A stretch of DNA of 64,000 bases from Parcubacteria group bacterium (GTDB lineage Bacteria > Patescibacteriota > Minisyncoccia > SW-4-49-11). This document shows, in pieces, positions 9,132 to 18,907 of this stretch (within the stretch, counting starts at the first letter, position 1; each line of letters begins with the position of its first letter). The stretch spans positions 136,026-200,025 of the forward strand of contig CALRBF010000001.1 in NCBI GenBank assembly GCA_943354045.1. Direction: 5' to 3'. The position numbers and the translations under genes were made by a program. The notes under the pieces are model-generated. The model was not told the origin of the DNA. It worked only from the letters and a program-made list of their open reading frames with translations, and did no database searches.

Positions 9132-10907
9132 TTATATTTCAATAATAACCGGTATAATCATTGGCCTTCTATGTGTAGTTCTGAATAAGAATAATCCCAA
9201 ATCTTCACGAATTGATTGTTGTATATATTCAATACTTTGATCCTCTCCATGAGACAATTTTTTCTCAATATGTTCTTGTACTCGAGATTGTATAGATTGT
9301 ATTAATTTGGTAGATGTTTGAATATGAACAAATCCTTTAGAGATAATTTCTGGTTCACGAATACATTTTCCTTGTTTAAAATCAACTAAAGCTACTATGG
9401 TCACAATACCATCTTGAGCCAAGGATTGCCTATCTCGAATTACAATTTCTTTTAAGTCACCTATTCCAAGCCCATCCACCATCATAGTGCTAGCATTGAC
9501 TTTTTCTGTAGTAACACGAGCCTCTCCTTTATATATCTCTATAATTCTTCCATTATCAGTAAGCAAGATATTATCCTTTTTCATACCCGCTTCAATCGCT
9601 AAATCACGATGAGATTTGAGTGAATAAAAATCTCCATAAATTGGTTGTAAATATTTGGGGCGAATTAAATCTAATAATTGTTTTAAATCATCACGTTGAG
9701 CATGTCCAGAAACATGTACTTCCATCATTTTATAATGAATAATATGTGCTCTTTGGCGAGCAATAGCATCTTTCACTTTTTGTACTGACTCCTCATTACC
9801 TGGTACAACCGAAGATGAAAATACAACGGTATCTCCCTTTTCAATATGAAAATTACGATGCTCTCGATTTGCCATACGAGTAAGAGCCGAGCGCTCATCT
9901 CCCTGAGCTCCTGTACAAATAATAGTAAGGTTTTCTGGAGGAATATTACGAGCCTCTTGTGCACTAATAACAGTTTGAGGAGAAAAATGTGCATATCCAA
10001 TTTCATGGAGAATTTGAACATTAGTTTTCATACTAAATCCCTCTATCACAACTTTACGATTATATTTTTCAGACAAATGAATCATTTGCTGTATACGATT
10101 CAGAGTACTAGAAAATGTAGTGACAATAATTTTACCCGTAGCATTTTCAAAAATATGATCAATATTATTTTGAATAGTCATCTCAGAAGTAACCCTACCA
10201 GAACGAGAAGCACTCGTACTATCAGATAATAATACTAATACTCCCTCATCACCAATTTTACGATACATTTCTAAATCAGCCGGCTCCTCTCCAACAGGAG
10301 TAGCATCTATTTTAAAATCACCAGTATGGAGTATAACTCCTTCTGGAGTTTCAATTTTAATCATAGTTGAATCAGGAATACTATGATTAATATGAAGGAA
10401 AGTTACGGTAAAAGCTCCAAATTTAAGCTTTTCATTTAATTTAGCTACTTTTCCATTTAATGGAGGTACGGTGGTAAATTCACTTTGACGTCTTTGCATC
10501 ATAGCAAGAGGCAAAGCAGGTGCATATATAGGAGGATTTCCAATCATAGACATAACCTGCGATACTCCTCCAATATGGTCCATATGACCATGAGTAATAA
10601 GAACAGCTCGAATATTATCCTCTTTTCCTTTAAGATAACTTGGATTAGGAATAATATAATCAACTCCTGGCTGATCTTCTTCTGGGAATTTCATCCCAAT
10701 ATCAATGACGAGAATATCTTTTCCATATTCTATTACCGTCATATTACGACCTCCAATTTCTTCTGATCCACCCAATGGAATGATTTTCAAAAGATTATCT
10801 TTAGTCTTAAATGGTTCTTTTGCATTAAGATACTCATTACTTTTATGACTTAAATCTGTCACAAAAGTTGTTCCTCTCTTAATTTCAGAGTGTTGATACG
10901 ATTTCAT
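9132..10907 (-). CDS. rnj: Ribonuclease J (canonical paralog)
   Basis: Metallo-beta-lactamase motif II is intact (LITHGHMDHIGG). The beta-CASP and C-terminal domain lengths fit RNase J (591 aa). Confidence 0.85.
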   Translation of the reverse strand: MKSYQHSEIKRGTTFVTDLSHKSNEYLNAKEPFKTKDNLLKIIPLGGSEEIGGRNMTVIEYGKDILVIDIGMKFPEEDQPGVDYIIPNPSYLKGKEDNIRAVLITHGHMDHIGGVSQVMSMIGNPPIYAPALPLAMMQRRQSEFTTVPPLNGKVAKLNEKLKFGAFTVTFLHINHSIPDSTMIKIETPEGVILHTGDFKIDATPVGEEPADLEMYRKIGDEGVLVLLSDSTSASRSGRVTSEMTIQNNIDHIFENATGKIIVTTFSSTLNRIQQMIHLSEKYNRKVVIEGFSMKTNVQILHEIGYAHFSPQTVISAQEARNIPPENLTIICTGAQGDERSALTRMANREHRNFHIEKGDTVVFSSSVVPGNEESVQKVKDAIARQRAHIIHYKMMEVHVSGHAQRDDLKQLLDLIRPKYLQPIYGDFYSLKSHRDLAIEAGMKKDNILLTDNGRIIEIYKGEARVTTEKVNASTMMVDGLGIGDLKEIVIRDRQSLAQDGIVTIVALVDFKQGKCIREPEIISKGFVHIQTSTKLIQSIQSRVQEHIEKKLSHGEDQSIEYIQQSIREDLGLFLFRTTHRRPMIIPVIIEI

Positions 10908-10908
10908 A

Positions 10909-12675
10909 TTAAATATTCATTATTATTGGTAAAATCATTGGTCTTCTTTCTGTCTTAGTAAGTAATAAGCGACCAATATTTTCTCTTACTTCATCTTGTA
11001 TATAAGCAATATTTACTTCATCAGATTGTTTCAAAAGAGCCAATACAATTAATCTTGTTTGTTCTTTTACTTCATTAAATAGTTTCTCTGAAGATTCATT
11101 ATCTACAAAGCCCTTAGACACAACTACAATATCTCCCAATATTTCGCGAGAATCAGCATTAAGCAATGTTACAATATGTAATATACCCTCTTCTGACATT
11201 GTTTGTCTATCATGTATAACTACATTAGTTAAATCACCTACGCCTAGACCATCTACTATTACATTGGAAGTTGGAACTTTTTCCGGAGTGATACGCCTTT
11301 GTTTATAATCAAATAGAATGACTTTTCCATTCATACCTATTATTACATTACGATCTGGATACCCTCCTTTAATCGCAATATCTCCCGTAGACCTCAATAA
11401 ATGATGAGAACCACTAATAGGCACATAATATTTAGGGCGAATTGCTTTTAATACAGCCAAACTATCCTCATATCTTGCATATGCAGCAAATCGTGTATCA
11501 AGTGGCTGATAATATTCCACAAAAGCTCCTAATTTTGCAAAATTATCATTTACTCGAGCAGCTGAGCGAGCATTACCTGGAATTAATGCTCCAGGATACA
11601 TCACAATATCTCCCTCTTTAATTGAGAAAACACTATGTTCATTATTAGCTAGTCTCATCAAATGAGGAATATCATCCCCATGAGAACCAGATATTAATAC
11701 TACTAACTGCTCTCTTGGAGTATCCCCAAGTAAACTAGGTCCCACTATAGTACCTGATTTAATTTGAATAAACCCCTTTTTGCGACATGTATTAAACGTA
11801 TTAAGTAAACTTTTTCCTTCAATAAATAAATGCTTATTATGAGCTTCTACTGCATTGACAATTTGTTGCATACGCCCAATCATAGATGGAAATGTAGATA
11901 CAAATACCGTACCCGTAGTACGAGCTATAACCGAGTCAATATGCTCAGCAATGGAAGCCTCCTTAGGAGTAAACCCTTGAGATTCTGTAGCAGAACTTCC
12001 AGATAAAAGAGCAAATGTATCAGCTCCCGCTAATTCCTTTATATAATCGAGAAATTCATTTTTTTCTCCTGATTCACTATCCAATTTATAGCTAGAGAGA
12101 TAAAATACCTTTCCTTGCATAGTATACACACATAATCCTATTGAACCCATCACATTAAATGGAGTTGGAAAAACATTCACTTTAAAGGATCCTACTCGTA
12201 TAGAATTATAAGGTTTGATAATATGTTTTTTGTATTTTACCCCTTGAGAATAAAAATCCTGACGAGATTCCAATATTGCAAATAAAGCCTCTGTTGCATA
12301 AATATGCAGATTAGGAAATAAATGTAAAAGATATGGTACAGCCCCAATATGATCGGGATGTGGGGACGTTAATACTACTCCCTTTATTTTGGAGCTATTA
12401 TCCATCAAATACTGCGTATTGGGGATAATATAATCAATTCCTGGTTGATTAGCACCAGGCATTTGAAGCCCCATATCGACAATCAGAATATCATTTTCTT
12501 GCTCAAATATATACATATTCTTACCAACACCATCAAGCCCCCCCAAAGGAATGATTTTGAGAGCTTGGCGTGAAGTTTCAGGAATAGTTCTTTTTTGAGC
12601 AAAACTTTTTCCTTGAGATCGAGAACGGTTATTCTTATTCTGTGAATTATTATTGTATGGTCGTTTTGATTGCAT
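10909..12675 (-). CDS. Ribonuclease J paralog with degenerate motif II and Asn/Lys-rich N-terminal extension
   Basis: Same architecture as the upstream gene, but motif II reads LTSPHPDHIG (S-P-H-P-D-H, not H-x-H-x-D-H). About 45 aa of basic low-complexity N-terminus (MQSKRPYNNNSQNKNNRSRSQGKS...). Confidence 0.75.
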   Translation of the reverse strand: MQSKRPYNNNSQNKNNRSRSQGKSFAQKRTIPETSRQALKIIPLGGLDGVGKNMYIFEQENDILIVDMGLQMPGANQPGIDYIIPNTQYLMDNSSKIKGVVLTSPHPDHIGAVPYLLHLFPNLHIYATEALFAILESRQDFYSQGVKYKKHIIKPYNSIRVGSFKVNVFPTPFNVMGSIGLCVYTMQGKVFYLSSYKLDSESGEKNEFLDYIKELAGADTFALLSGSSATESQGFTPKEASIAEHIDSVIARTTGTVFVSTFPSMIGRMQQIVNAVEAHNKHLFIEGKSLLNTFNTCRKKGFIQIKSGTIVGPSLLGDTPREQLVVLISGSHGDDIPHLMRLANNEHSVFSIKEGDIVMYPGALIPGNARSAARVNDNFAKLGAFVEYYQPLDTRFAAYARYEDSLAVLKAIRPKYYVPISGSHHLLRSTGDIAIKGGYPDRNVIIGMNGKVILFDYKQRRITPEKVPTSNVIVDGLGVGDLTNVVIHDRQTMSEEGILHIVTLLNADSREILGDIVVVSKGFVDNESSEKLFNEVKEQTRLIVLALLKQSDEVNIAYIQDEVRENIGRLLLTKTERRPMILPIIMNI

Positions 12676-12779
12676 ATAATGCGATTAATATTATTATTTT
12701 CTTTGAGATTATCTATAATTATGCCTGCTTGTAATGTAAAATAATATATGCAAACAGCAATGTAATTTTCTCTAAAAAA

Positions 12780-12829
12780 TGTAGATTTAAGGGAATCGAA
12801 CCCTTTTTACTCCTGATTAGTAAAATCTA
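12780..12829 (-). other. tRNA-like minihelix (acceptor stem + T arm, no D arm) / possible tRNA remnant
   Basis: Minus strand reads TAGATTT-TACTAATCAGGAGTAAA-AAGGG-TTCGATT-CCCTT-AAATCTA-CA. That is a 7-bp acceptor-like stem, a perfect T stem-loop with a TTCGATT loop, and only a 4-bp mini hairpin between them. It lies between rpsP and RNase J. Confidence 0.3.
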
Positions 12830-12838
12830 TATATAAAT

Positions 12839-13120
12839 TTATTTTGACTCGCTAGCTTTGAATCGTGTTACAGGGATTTTGGTAGCTTCAATGATATTCT
12901 GCTTAATTAAAAGGTTATGTACTGTTTGTGAAGGTTGAGCTCCAACTGAAATCCAATATTTAATTCTCTCTGCATTAAGTACTTGATCTTTATTTCCTGG
13001 ATTATATACACCAAGAGATTCAATAAACTTTCCTTTTACAGGACGGTCTTTTTCTGCAACAACCACCTTATAAATAGGAGTGTTTTTCTTCCCTACACGG
13101 GACAATCGAATTCGTAACAT
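12839..13120 (-). CDS. rpsP: 30S ribosomal protein S16
   Basis: MLRIRLSRVGKKNTPIYKVVVAEKDRPVKGKFIESLGVYNP is the classic S16 N-terminus. Confidence 0.9.
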   Translation of the reverse strand: MLRIRLSRVGKKNTPIYKVVVAEKDRPVKGKFIESLGVYNPGNKDQVLNAERIKYWISVGAQPSQTVHNLLIKQNIIEATKIPVTRFKASESK

Positions 13121-13192
13121 AAGATGAAATATGATAATTTATACAATTCTTATAAATATAATAGCATATGAATCAATAATTGTCAATATATC

Positions 13193-14839
13193 CTATTGCG
13201 TAATACTTTGGAGCACTGTATTAGACAATCGTGTTGGCCAATAGGTTATACGTTTTATGCTGCCGTTTATTCGCTCCTGTCCACCAAAATCGTAATGTCC
13301 AACAGTTGCCATATTGACAGTTGGTAGTACTCCACTTGAATCTGTTTCTAATGCTACGCCCACTCTTTTTAGTGCAAAATCATTCGCCGCATAACCAAGT
13401 GCTACCTTGTTACCGCCGGGTGAACCAAAGATTGCTTGGACAGCGGATACCGAGACAACCGCCGTTTGTGCTGCGGCGTTTGAGAATTGAATCCGCTCTC
13501 CTGCGTCTGTGGATGCCCGAACGGTGATTGTTGCCCCGCCTCCAAGGACATTAGCTGTTTCTCCATAGAAAGTACCCCCCAACTGATTATACCAAGAGTT
13601 AAAATTAGTACCTGCTATTATTGTTGCACTATCTGCAAATCTTTGTACAGTAGCAGTCGTTGTAGGTATATAGGATGTAGCAAAAGCCCCTTGTTCTAAT
13701 TGAGCCCCCCATGCATAATAGCTATTCGTTGATGTAGAAGCTCCCCAAGTATCAAACCAAACTGACCCATTAGATTGTGTTAATACCGAATTCAAAGTAG
13801 CAGTTATGCTACAACGATACCAACCATTTCCTACATTTGTTATTGTTGCATTTGCAGCTGTTGCTGTCCCATTAACCGTAACTCCTCCAGATAATTGTCC
13901 CGTTGCAAGATTCAATAGCTGATTGGCTCCATTACCACCGGCAGCATCATCTATTCTTATTAATATTACAGATTGTGTATTAGCCTTCAGATAAACAGAA
14001 AACGTATAAGTCCCTATTGTAGATGTTGTAGCAGTTTTAGCCCAAACTTTAACATTACTAGTACTATTAGAACCAGTAACTATATCAGCATTTATACCTC
14101 CATCTGGAGAAGCAATTGTATTGGCTATTATAGCAACATTATTGAGGCTGGTACTAGCAGCTAAATCAGCTGATTGTAATAATAAATTTGTCCTCTGCTC
14201 CTCCACTAATAGCCCTAAACTCTCCCTGGTCACAGGATTATGATTAAACCTTGGTGCATTTACTGCTGCCGTCTTAATAAGTCCATCTGAGTCTACATAT
14301 GTTGCCGTAGGAGTAGTTTCTAAAACATTTCTTATAAAACTTATTGGATTAGTACCATTGACTGCATTGGTTAATTGTTTATCTCTTGCAAAGTTTAAAT
14401 CTAGGGTTGGTGCTACTGTTGTTCCTCCTGCTGCTGTTGCCAATATATTACTATTATCATATCCAGTACTTACTCCATTTACTGTCTTTGTCACTAAGTA
14501 TTGCCCTCTATCTGGTATGGGTATTCCTGCTATATAGTCACTTAATGCACTACTTAAATCTATTCCATTACTACATCCTGCTACTACACATAATCCTACT
14601 GTACTTCCTACTCCTACTCCTTGTAATGCTGGCGGATATACTCCCCTTTCTATAATATATTGTTGTATTGCCTTTGCTATTGCATTTTGATCTGATTTCC
14701 TCTTTGCTTCCCTTGCTGCTTCTATTTGTTTATTGGGGTTTATTGCAATTAATACTATTGCTGCTAATATACCTATTGCGGCAATCACCAATAATATCTC
14801 TAATAATGTAAATCCTTTCTTTTGTTTTCCTCCCCTCAT
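13193..14839 (-). CDS. Giant type IV pilin-like protein (prepilin N-terminus fused to large C-terminal domain), paralog 1
   Basis: Class III leader and N-terminal hydrophobic helix (MRGGKQKKG|FTLLEILLVIAAIGILAAIVLIAI). 548 aa. Shares conserved blocks with the 570-aa paralog at 18908..20620. Confidence 0.75.
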   Translation of the reverse strand: MRGGKQKKGFTLLEILLVIAAIGILAAIVLIAINPNKQIEAAREAKRKSDQNAIAKAIQQYIIERGVYPPALQGVGVGSTVGLCVVAGCSNGIDLSSALSDYIAGIPIPDRGQYLVTKTVNGVSTGYDNSNILATAAGGTTVAPTLDLNFARDKQLTNAVNGTNPISFIRNVLETTPTATYVDSDGLIKTAAVNAPRFNHNPVTRESLGLLVEEQRTNLLLQSADLAASTSLNNVAIIANTIASPDGGINADIVTGSNSTSNVKVWAKTATTSTIGTYTFSVYLKANTQSVILIRIDDAAGGNGANQLLNLATGQLSGGVTVNGTATAANATITNVGNGWYRCSITATLNSVLTQSNGSVWFDTWGASTSTNSYYAWGAQLEQGAFATSYIPTTTATVQRFADSATIIAGTNFNSWYNQLGGTFYGETANVLGGGATITVRASTDAGERIQFSNAAAQTAVVSVSAVQAIFGSPGGNKVALGYAANDFALKRVGVALETDSSGVLPTVNMATVGHYDFGGQERINGSIKRITYWPTRLSNTVLQSITQ

Positions 14840-14907
14840 AAGAGTTATTTTTATTTTTACATTTTCCTTACTCTCATTATAGTACAGTATGAGTATTTCT
14901 TCAAATA

Positions 14908-16566
14908 TTATTTACTTTTTTGACAGGCTTTTACAAAACCCTTAAAGAGTGGATGTGGGTTAAGAGGATGAGAAATAAGTTCAGGATGGAATTGAGTTCC
15001 TATAAAGAATGGGTGACTGGCAAGTTCAATAATTTCTACTAAGTTATTTTCTGTATTAACTCCTGCAATAATAAGTCCTGCTTTCTCTAATTCTTCCCGA
15101 TATGTATTATTCACTTCATAACGATGACGATGTCTCTCCTGGACTTGAGCAGTATTATATAATTTACGTGTAAGAGTTTTCGGTGCTATATCGCAAAGAT
15201 ATTCTCCTAATCTCATACTTGCTCCCATTGTCTCTTGTTCCAAATTAATATCCTGTCCCTCTATAATATCAATAACTGGATTTGGAGTTTTAGGATCTAT
15301 TTCGGCTGTATGAGCTCCTTTAATTTTAGCGACATTGCGAGCATATTCTACTACGGCAAGTTGCATACCATAACAAAGTCCTAAATAAGGAATTTTATTC
15401 TCACGAGCATATTGTATAGCTTTTAATTTCCCCTCTACTCCTCGCTCCCCAAATCCTCCTGGAATAATAATTCCATCATATTGCTTTAATCCCGCAACTT
15501 TTTTGGAATCATTTTCAAATTCAGAACTATCTATCCAATCAATTACTGGCTTGAGACGCGCAGAAAAACTGGCATGCTTAATTGCCTCAATTACCGATAT
15601 ATAGGCATCACTCAAAACAAAATTACCACTATTAAAGTATTTCCCTACAATTCCAATTTTAATTTCTTTGTTTGCAGTGTCAATTTTTTGGGTAAAGCTC
15701 GTCCATTCTTTCAAATCTCTTTTTCGAGGGCGTAAATCTAATTTTTTTAGTAATTTGGTTGAGAGATTATCATATTCAAAATTAATAGGTACATGATAAA
15801 TACTATCAACATCAGGAGCTGAGATAACATCGTCAGCCGAGACATTACACATAATAGATAATTTTTGTTTCCTGATATCATCAAGAGGATGACTGGAACG
15901 AGCCACAATCATATCCGCCTGTATTCCAGCACTATTGAGTAACCGAGAGGCATGTTGAGTTGGTTTGGTTTTCATCTCACCAATTTTACTCGGAATAGGA
16001 AGATAACTTACTAATACAAATAATATATCTTGAGGATTTTCTAATTTAAGTAGTCTGGCTGATTCTAAAAATAATAAATTCTCATATTCCCCTGCAGTTC
16101 CTCCAATTTCAATAATAGTAATATCTGCATTATGCGTACTCTGAGCCTGTTTAATACGATTTATTACTTCATTCGGGATATGTGGAACAACACTTACACA
16201 TTTACCTCCAAATTTGAGAGCCCGCTCCTGCTCTATGACTGATTGATATACAGAACCTGTCGTCATATAATTAATGCGTGTGAGTTTGGTATCAAGAAAT
16301 CTCTCATAATTACCCATATCTTGATCACATTCCAATCCATCAGCAAGAACAAAAGTCTCCCCATGCTCCAATGGATTCATAGTCCCTGCATCTACATTGA
16401 CATAAGGATCAATTTTGACTGCTGTCACATTGAAGCCACGAGATTGGAGAATTAAAGCCATTGATGAGGTGGTAATTCCCTTACCCACTCCTGACATTAC
16501 ACCCCCAACTACAAAAATATATTTAGGATTTGATTTTTTTGCTTTACTCGTTTTCCGAATTGACAT
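14908..16566 (-). CDS. pyrG: CTP synthase
   Basis: N-terminal KYIFVVGGVMSGVGKG, glutamine amidotransferase domain (GLCYGMQ), 552 aa. Confidence 0.9.
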   Translation of the reverse strand: MSIRKTSKAKKSNPKYIFVVGGVMSGVGKGITTSSMALILQSRGFNVTAVKIDPYVNVDAGTMNPLEHGETFVLADGLECDQDMGNYERFLDTKLTRINYMTTGSVYQSVIEQERALKFGGKCVSVVPHIPNEVINRIKQAQSTHNADITIIEIGGTAGEYENLLFLESARLLKLENPQDILFVLVSYLPIPSKIGEMKTKPTQHASRLLNSAGIQADMIVARSSHPLDDIRKQKLSIMCNVSADDVISAPDVDSIYHVPINFEYDNLSTKLLKKLDLRPRKRDLKEWTSFTQKIDTANKEIKIGIVGKYFNSGNFVLSDAYISVIEAIKHASFSARLKPVIDWIDSSEFENDSKKVAGLKQYDGIIIPGGFGERGVEGKLKAIQYARENKIPYLGLCYGMQLAVVEYARNVAKIKGAHTAEIDPKTPNPVIDIIEGQDINLEQETMGASMRLGEYLCDIAPKTLTRKLYNTAQVQERHRHRYEVNNTYREELEKAGLIIAGVNTENNLVEIIELASHPFFIGTQFHPELISHPLNPHPLFKGFVKACQKSK

Positions 16567-16996
16567 ACAGTTCTATCTTAGTTTTTATAATGGGGGTGAG
16601 ATGAATATCAATAGTATATGTTCCTATTGCTTTAATGGGACTTGCAATATGAATCATTTGCTTTTCTAATAATTCTCCAAATTCAGTATTAAGCCTTGAG
16701 ACAATATCACTTTCTTTAATAGCTCCAAACAAATGTCCTTCTGAGTTAGTCTTGGCAACAACAGTCAATGAATAATTCTCTAGTTTAGCCTTAAGATTAT
16801 TAAGAGCTTCTAAATGAGCTTTTTCATTTGCTTCCGACTGTTTAGCTTGAGATTTTTTTTGAGCAATATCTTGAGCTGTTGGTATTATACCCAATCTTTT
16901 ACGTAAGAGAAAATTTCTTCCATATCCTTCTGATACTGTGATAATATCTCCTTTTTTTCCTATTGATGGAACATCTTGATTTAAAAGTATCTGCAT
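16544..16996 (-). CDS. rplI: 50S ribosomal protein L9
   Basis: MQILLNQDVPSIGKKGDIITVSEGYGRNFL matches the L9 N-domain. The 3' end overlaps the pyrG start by 23 nt. Confidence 0.85.
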   Translation of the reverse strand: MQILLNQDVPSIGKKGDIITVSEGYGRNFLLRKRLGIIPTAQDIAQKKSQAKQSEANEKAHLEALNNLKAKLENYSLTVVAKTNSEGHLFGAIKESDIVSRLNTEFGELLEKQMIHIASPIKAIGTYTIDIHLTPIIKTKIELYVNSENE

Positions 16997-16999
16997 ATT

Positions 17000-17281
17000 T
17001 CAGTGTATTATTCTAAACTCTCGTGAACTGGATACAATATATTCTTTATTATCCCAAAACTCAGCAACATTGTCAACGCGTGAAAGAGTTGAACCTTTAT
17101 GAACTCTTTCAATCAGCTCTTGCAATTGTTGTGACTCCCCCCAGGCTTCAATTTGAACCGTACCATTTGGAAGATTCTCTACTGTTCCTATGATATCTAA
17201 TTTTTCTGCTTCAGATACTACAAAGACTCGAAATCGTACCATCTGCACTCGCCCTGATACAATAAGTTTTACATATTGCAT
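17000..17281 (-). CDS. acyP: Acylphosphatase
   Basis: VSGRVQMVRFR and GTVENLPNGTVQIEAWG signatures, 93 aa. Confidence 0.75.
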   Translation of the reverse strand: MQYVKLIVSGRVQMVRFRVFVVSEAEKLDIIGTVENLPNGTVQIEAWGESQQLQELIERVHKGSTLSRVDNVAEFWDNKEYIVSSSREFRIIH

Positions 17282-17282
17282 A

Positions 17283-17933
17283 TTAACCTAAAATTACATT
17301 AGTGAGCCCAAATATAAGAGGACTAATCAGTCTAAAACCAAATAAAGCAAATATGAGTACAATAAACATTCCTTGTTCTTCTAATACGGCATAGGCTTTA
17401 CTCCTAATAATATTATACGGAAGTAGTGGAGCAATAATTTTGGACCCATCCAGAGGAGGAATCGGTATAGAATTAAATACTGCAAGGACAATATTAATAA
17501 GTACTGCAATAAAAAATAATTGAGCTACTTCTTGAGGGATTGTCATAAATAGTCCCGCTATACGATACAGAGCTCCAAGACCTAAAGCTAATAATAAATT
17601 GGACCCAGGTCCTGCAAGAGCAACGAGAGCGGGAGCCCATTTTTGATCTCTTAATAAATAAGGATTAAATGGAACCGGCTTGGCATAACCAAACATAAAA
17701 GCTCCACTACTACTAATACCAAGTACTAATGGCACTATAATAGAGCCATATATATCAATATGAGGGATGGGGTTAAGAGTTAATCTCCCTGCTAATTTCG
17801 CTGTAGGGTCCCCCAGAGCCAAAGCGATAACTCCATGGGACACCTCATGAATAATCACCGCAAATATCAAGATAATAATTTGAAATATAATTAAAATTGT
17901 AGCAATATCCATAAACAGTTGACTTTTATTCAT
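17283..17933 (-). CDS. Peptidase M50 (site-2 protease-like) family membrane metalloprotease
   Basis: HEVSHG (HExxH) lies within a TM helix. The protein is polytopic, about 216 aa. Confidence 0.65.
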   Translation of the reverse strand: MNKSQLFMDIATILIIFQIIILIFAVIIHEVSHGVIALALGDPTAKLAGRLTLNPIPHIDIYGSIIVPLVLGISSSGAFMFGYAKPVPFNPYLLRDQKWAPALVALAGPGSNLLLALGLGALYRIAGLFMTIPQEVAQLFFIAVLINIVLAVFNSIPIPPLDGSKIIAPLLPYNIIRSKAYAVLEEQGMFIVLIFALFGFRLISPLIFGLTNVILG

Positions 17934-17995
17934 CTAACAGGTATAATAATACCATATTTTGTCATTAATCTCAATAATACCGTTAACTTTATAGT

Positions 17996-18196
17996 ATGTC
18001 TCGACGATGTGAATTACCAATTTGTTCAAAAAAAGCGATGGTTGTAACCAAGCGTAAACTTTTACGTGGTAATTATAATCCTACTAGCAAGCATACTCAA
18101 AAAGTAAATGTACAACCCTATACTCTTCCTGATGGAACCAAAGTAAAAGCTTGTACTACTTGTATTCGAACTATTAATAAAAGCTTAGCTGCTTAA
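17996..18196 (+). CDS. rpmB: 50S ribosomal protein L28
   Basis: MSRRCELPICSKKAMVVTKRKLLRGNYNP... matches the L28 N-terminal MSR.C... pattern, 66 aa. Confidence 0.75.
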   Translation: MSRRCELPICSKKAMVVTKRKLLRGNYNPTSKHTQKVNVQPYTLPDGTKVKACTTCIRTINKSLAA

Positions 18197-18204
18197 ATCT
18201 AAAC

Positions 18205-18240
18205 AAAAAAGAGTATCGTTATAGAGGATACTCTTTTTTG
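18205..18240. terminator. Bidirectional rho-independent terminator between rpmB (+) and the DUF218 gene (-)
   Basis: AAACAAAAAA-GAGTATC-gttatagag-GATACTC-TTTTTTG. A perfect 7-bp stem with an A-run upstream and a T-run downstream. Confidence 0.6.
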
Positions 18241-18241
18241 T

Positions 18242-18877
18242 TTAGATAATTTCTTTTTCTCCAAGGAATTTAGGTTGGCGATTGATAATATGAACATCGG
18301 TCCAAGCCTGGGTACGAGCTAAAATTTCTCGTACCTGTGTGCGAATACTAGATTTGAGAGACACTCCTTCTGCCACAAATCCTTCCGCATCAATACCCAG
18401 GGTTCTGGCAATATATACCGCTCTTTTGATATGAAATTCCTGAGAAATGATAATAATATCATTTTGCCCAAATATATCTCGAGAGCGTACTACCGAATCA
18501 AGAGTACGAAATCCTGCATAGTCGAGAACTATATCATCTTTTGGAATGCCTCGCTCTAATAATGCTGTCTGCATTGCCTTAGGCTCATTATAAGATACCT
18601 CTGCATTATCTCCACTTACTAAAATCTTTTTAATTTTACCTTTTTGATATAATTCTACTGCTGCCTCAATACGATTTACAAAATAGGGATTATCCCCTCC
18701 TCCAATCATACGCTCACTAGTACCTAGCACCAAACCAACCTTATGATCTTTTACATCATCTGCTTTATTTTTAATAAATGGTATAGGATCATGGGAAATT
18801 GAAGCATTGGTATATGCAATAAAAACAATAGATCCGATAATTATAATACCTATACTTCTTCGAATAAATACAATCAT
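18242..18877 (-). CDS. SanA/YdcF/ElyC (DUF218) family protein
   Basis: N-terminal membrane anchor plus a DUF218-like core (VLGTS ... IIIISQEFHIKRA). Confidence 0.5.
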   Translation of the reverse strand: MIVFIRRSIGIIIIGSIVFIAYTNASISHDPIPFIKNKADDVKDHKVGLVLGTSERMIGGGDNPYFVNRIEAAVELYQKGKIKKILVSGDNAEVSYNEPKAMQTALLERGIPKDDIVLDYAGFRTLDSVVRSRDIFGQNDIIIISQEFHIKRAVYIARTLGIDAEGFVAEGVSLKSSIRTQVREILARTQAWTDVHIINRQPKFLGEKEII

Positions 18878-18907
18878 ATAGTATAGTATAGCATATGATT
18901 GGGGATT

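Noticed and set aside
9773-10766. Plus- and minus-strand ORFs of 82-127 aa inside the RNase J gene (9773..10021, 9846..10229, 10485..10766)
   Set aside because: They are antisense or out of frame within a strongly supported conserved gene. The peptides are low-complexity with an AT-rich codon composition artefact.
14386-14655. 89-aa Leu/Tyr-rich plus-strand ORF inside pilin paralog 1. Similar cases: 13321..13699, 13973..14164 and 20430..20645.
   Set aside because: They are antisense to a well-supported gene. The extreme low-complexity composition is typical of reverse-strand translation of a Gly/Thr/Ala-rich coding region.
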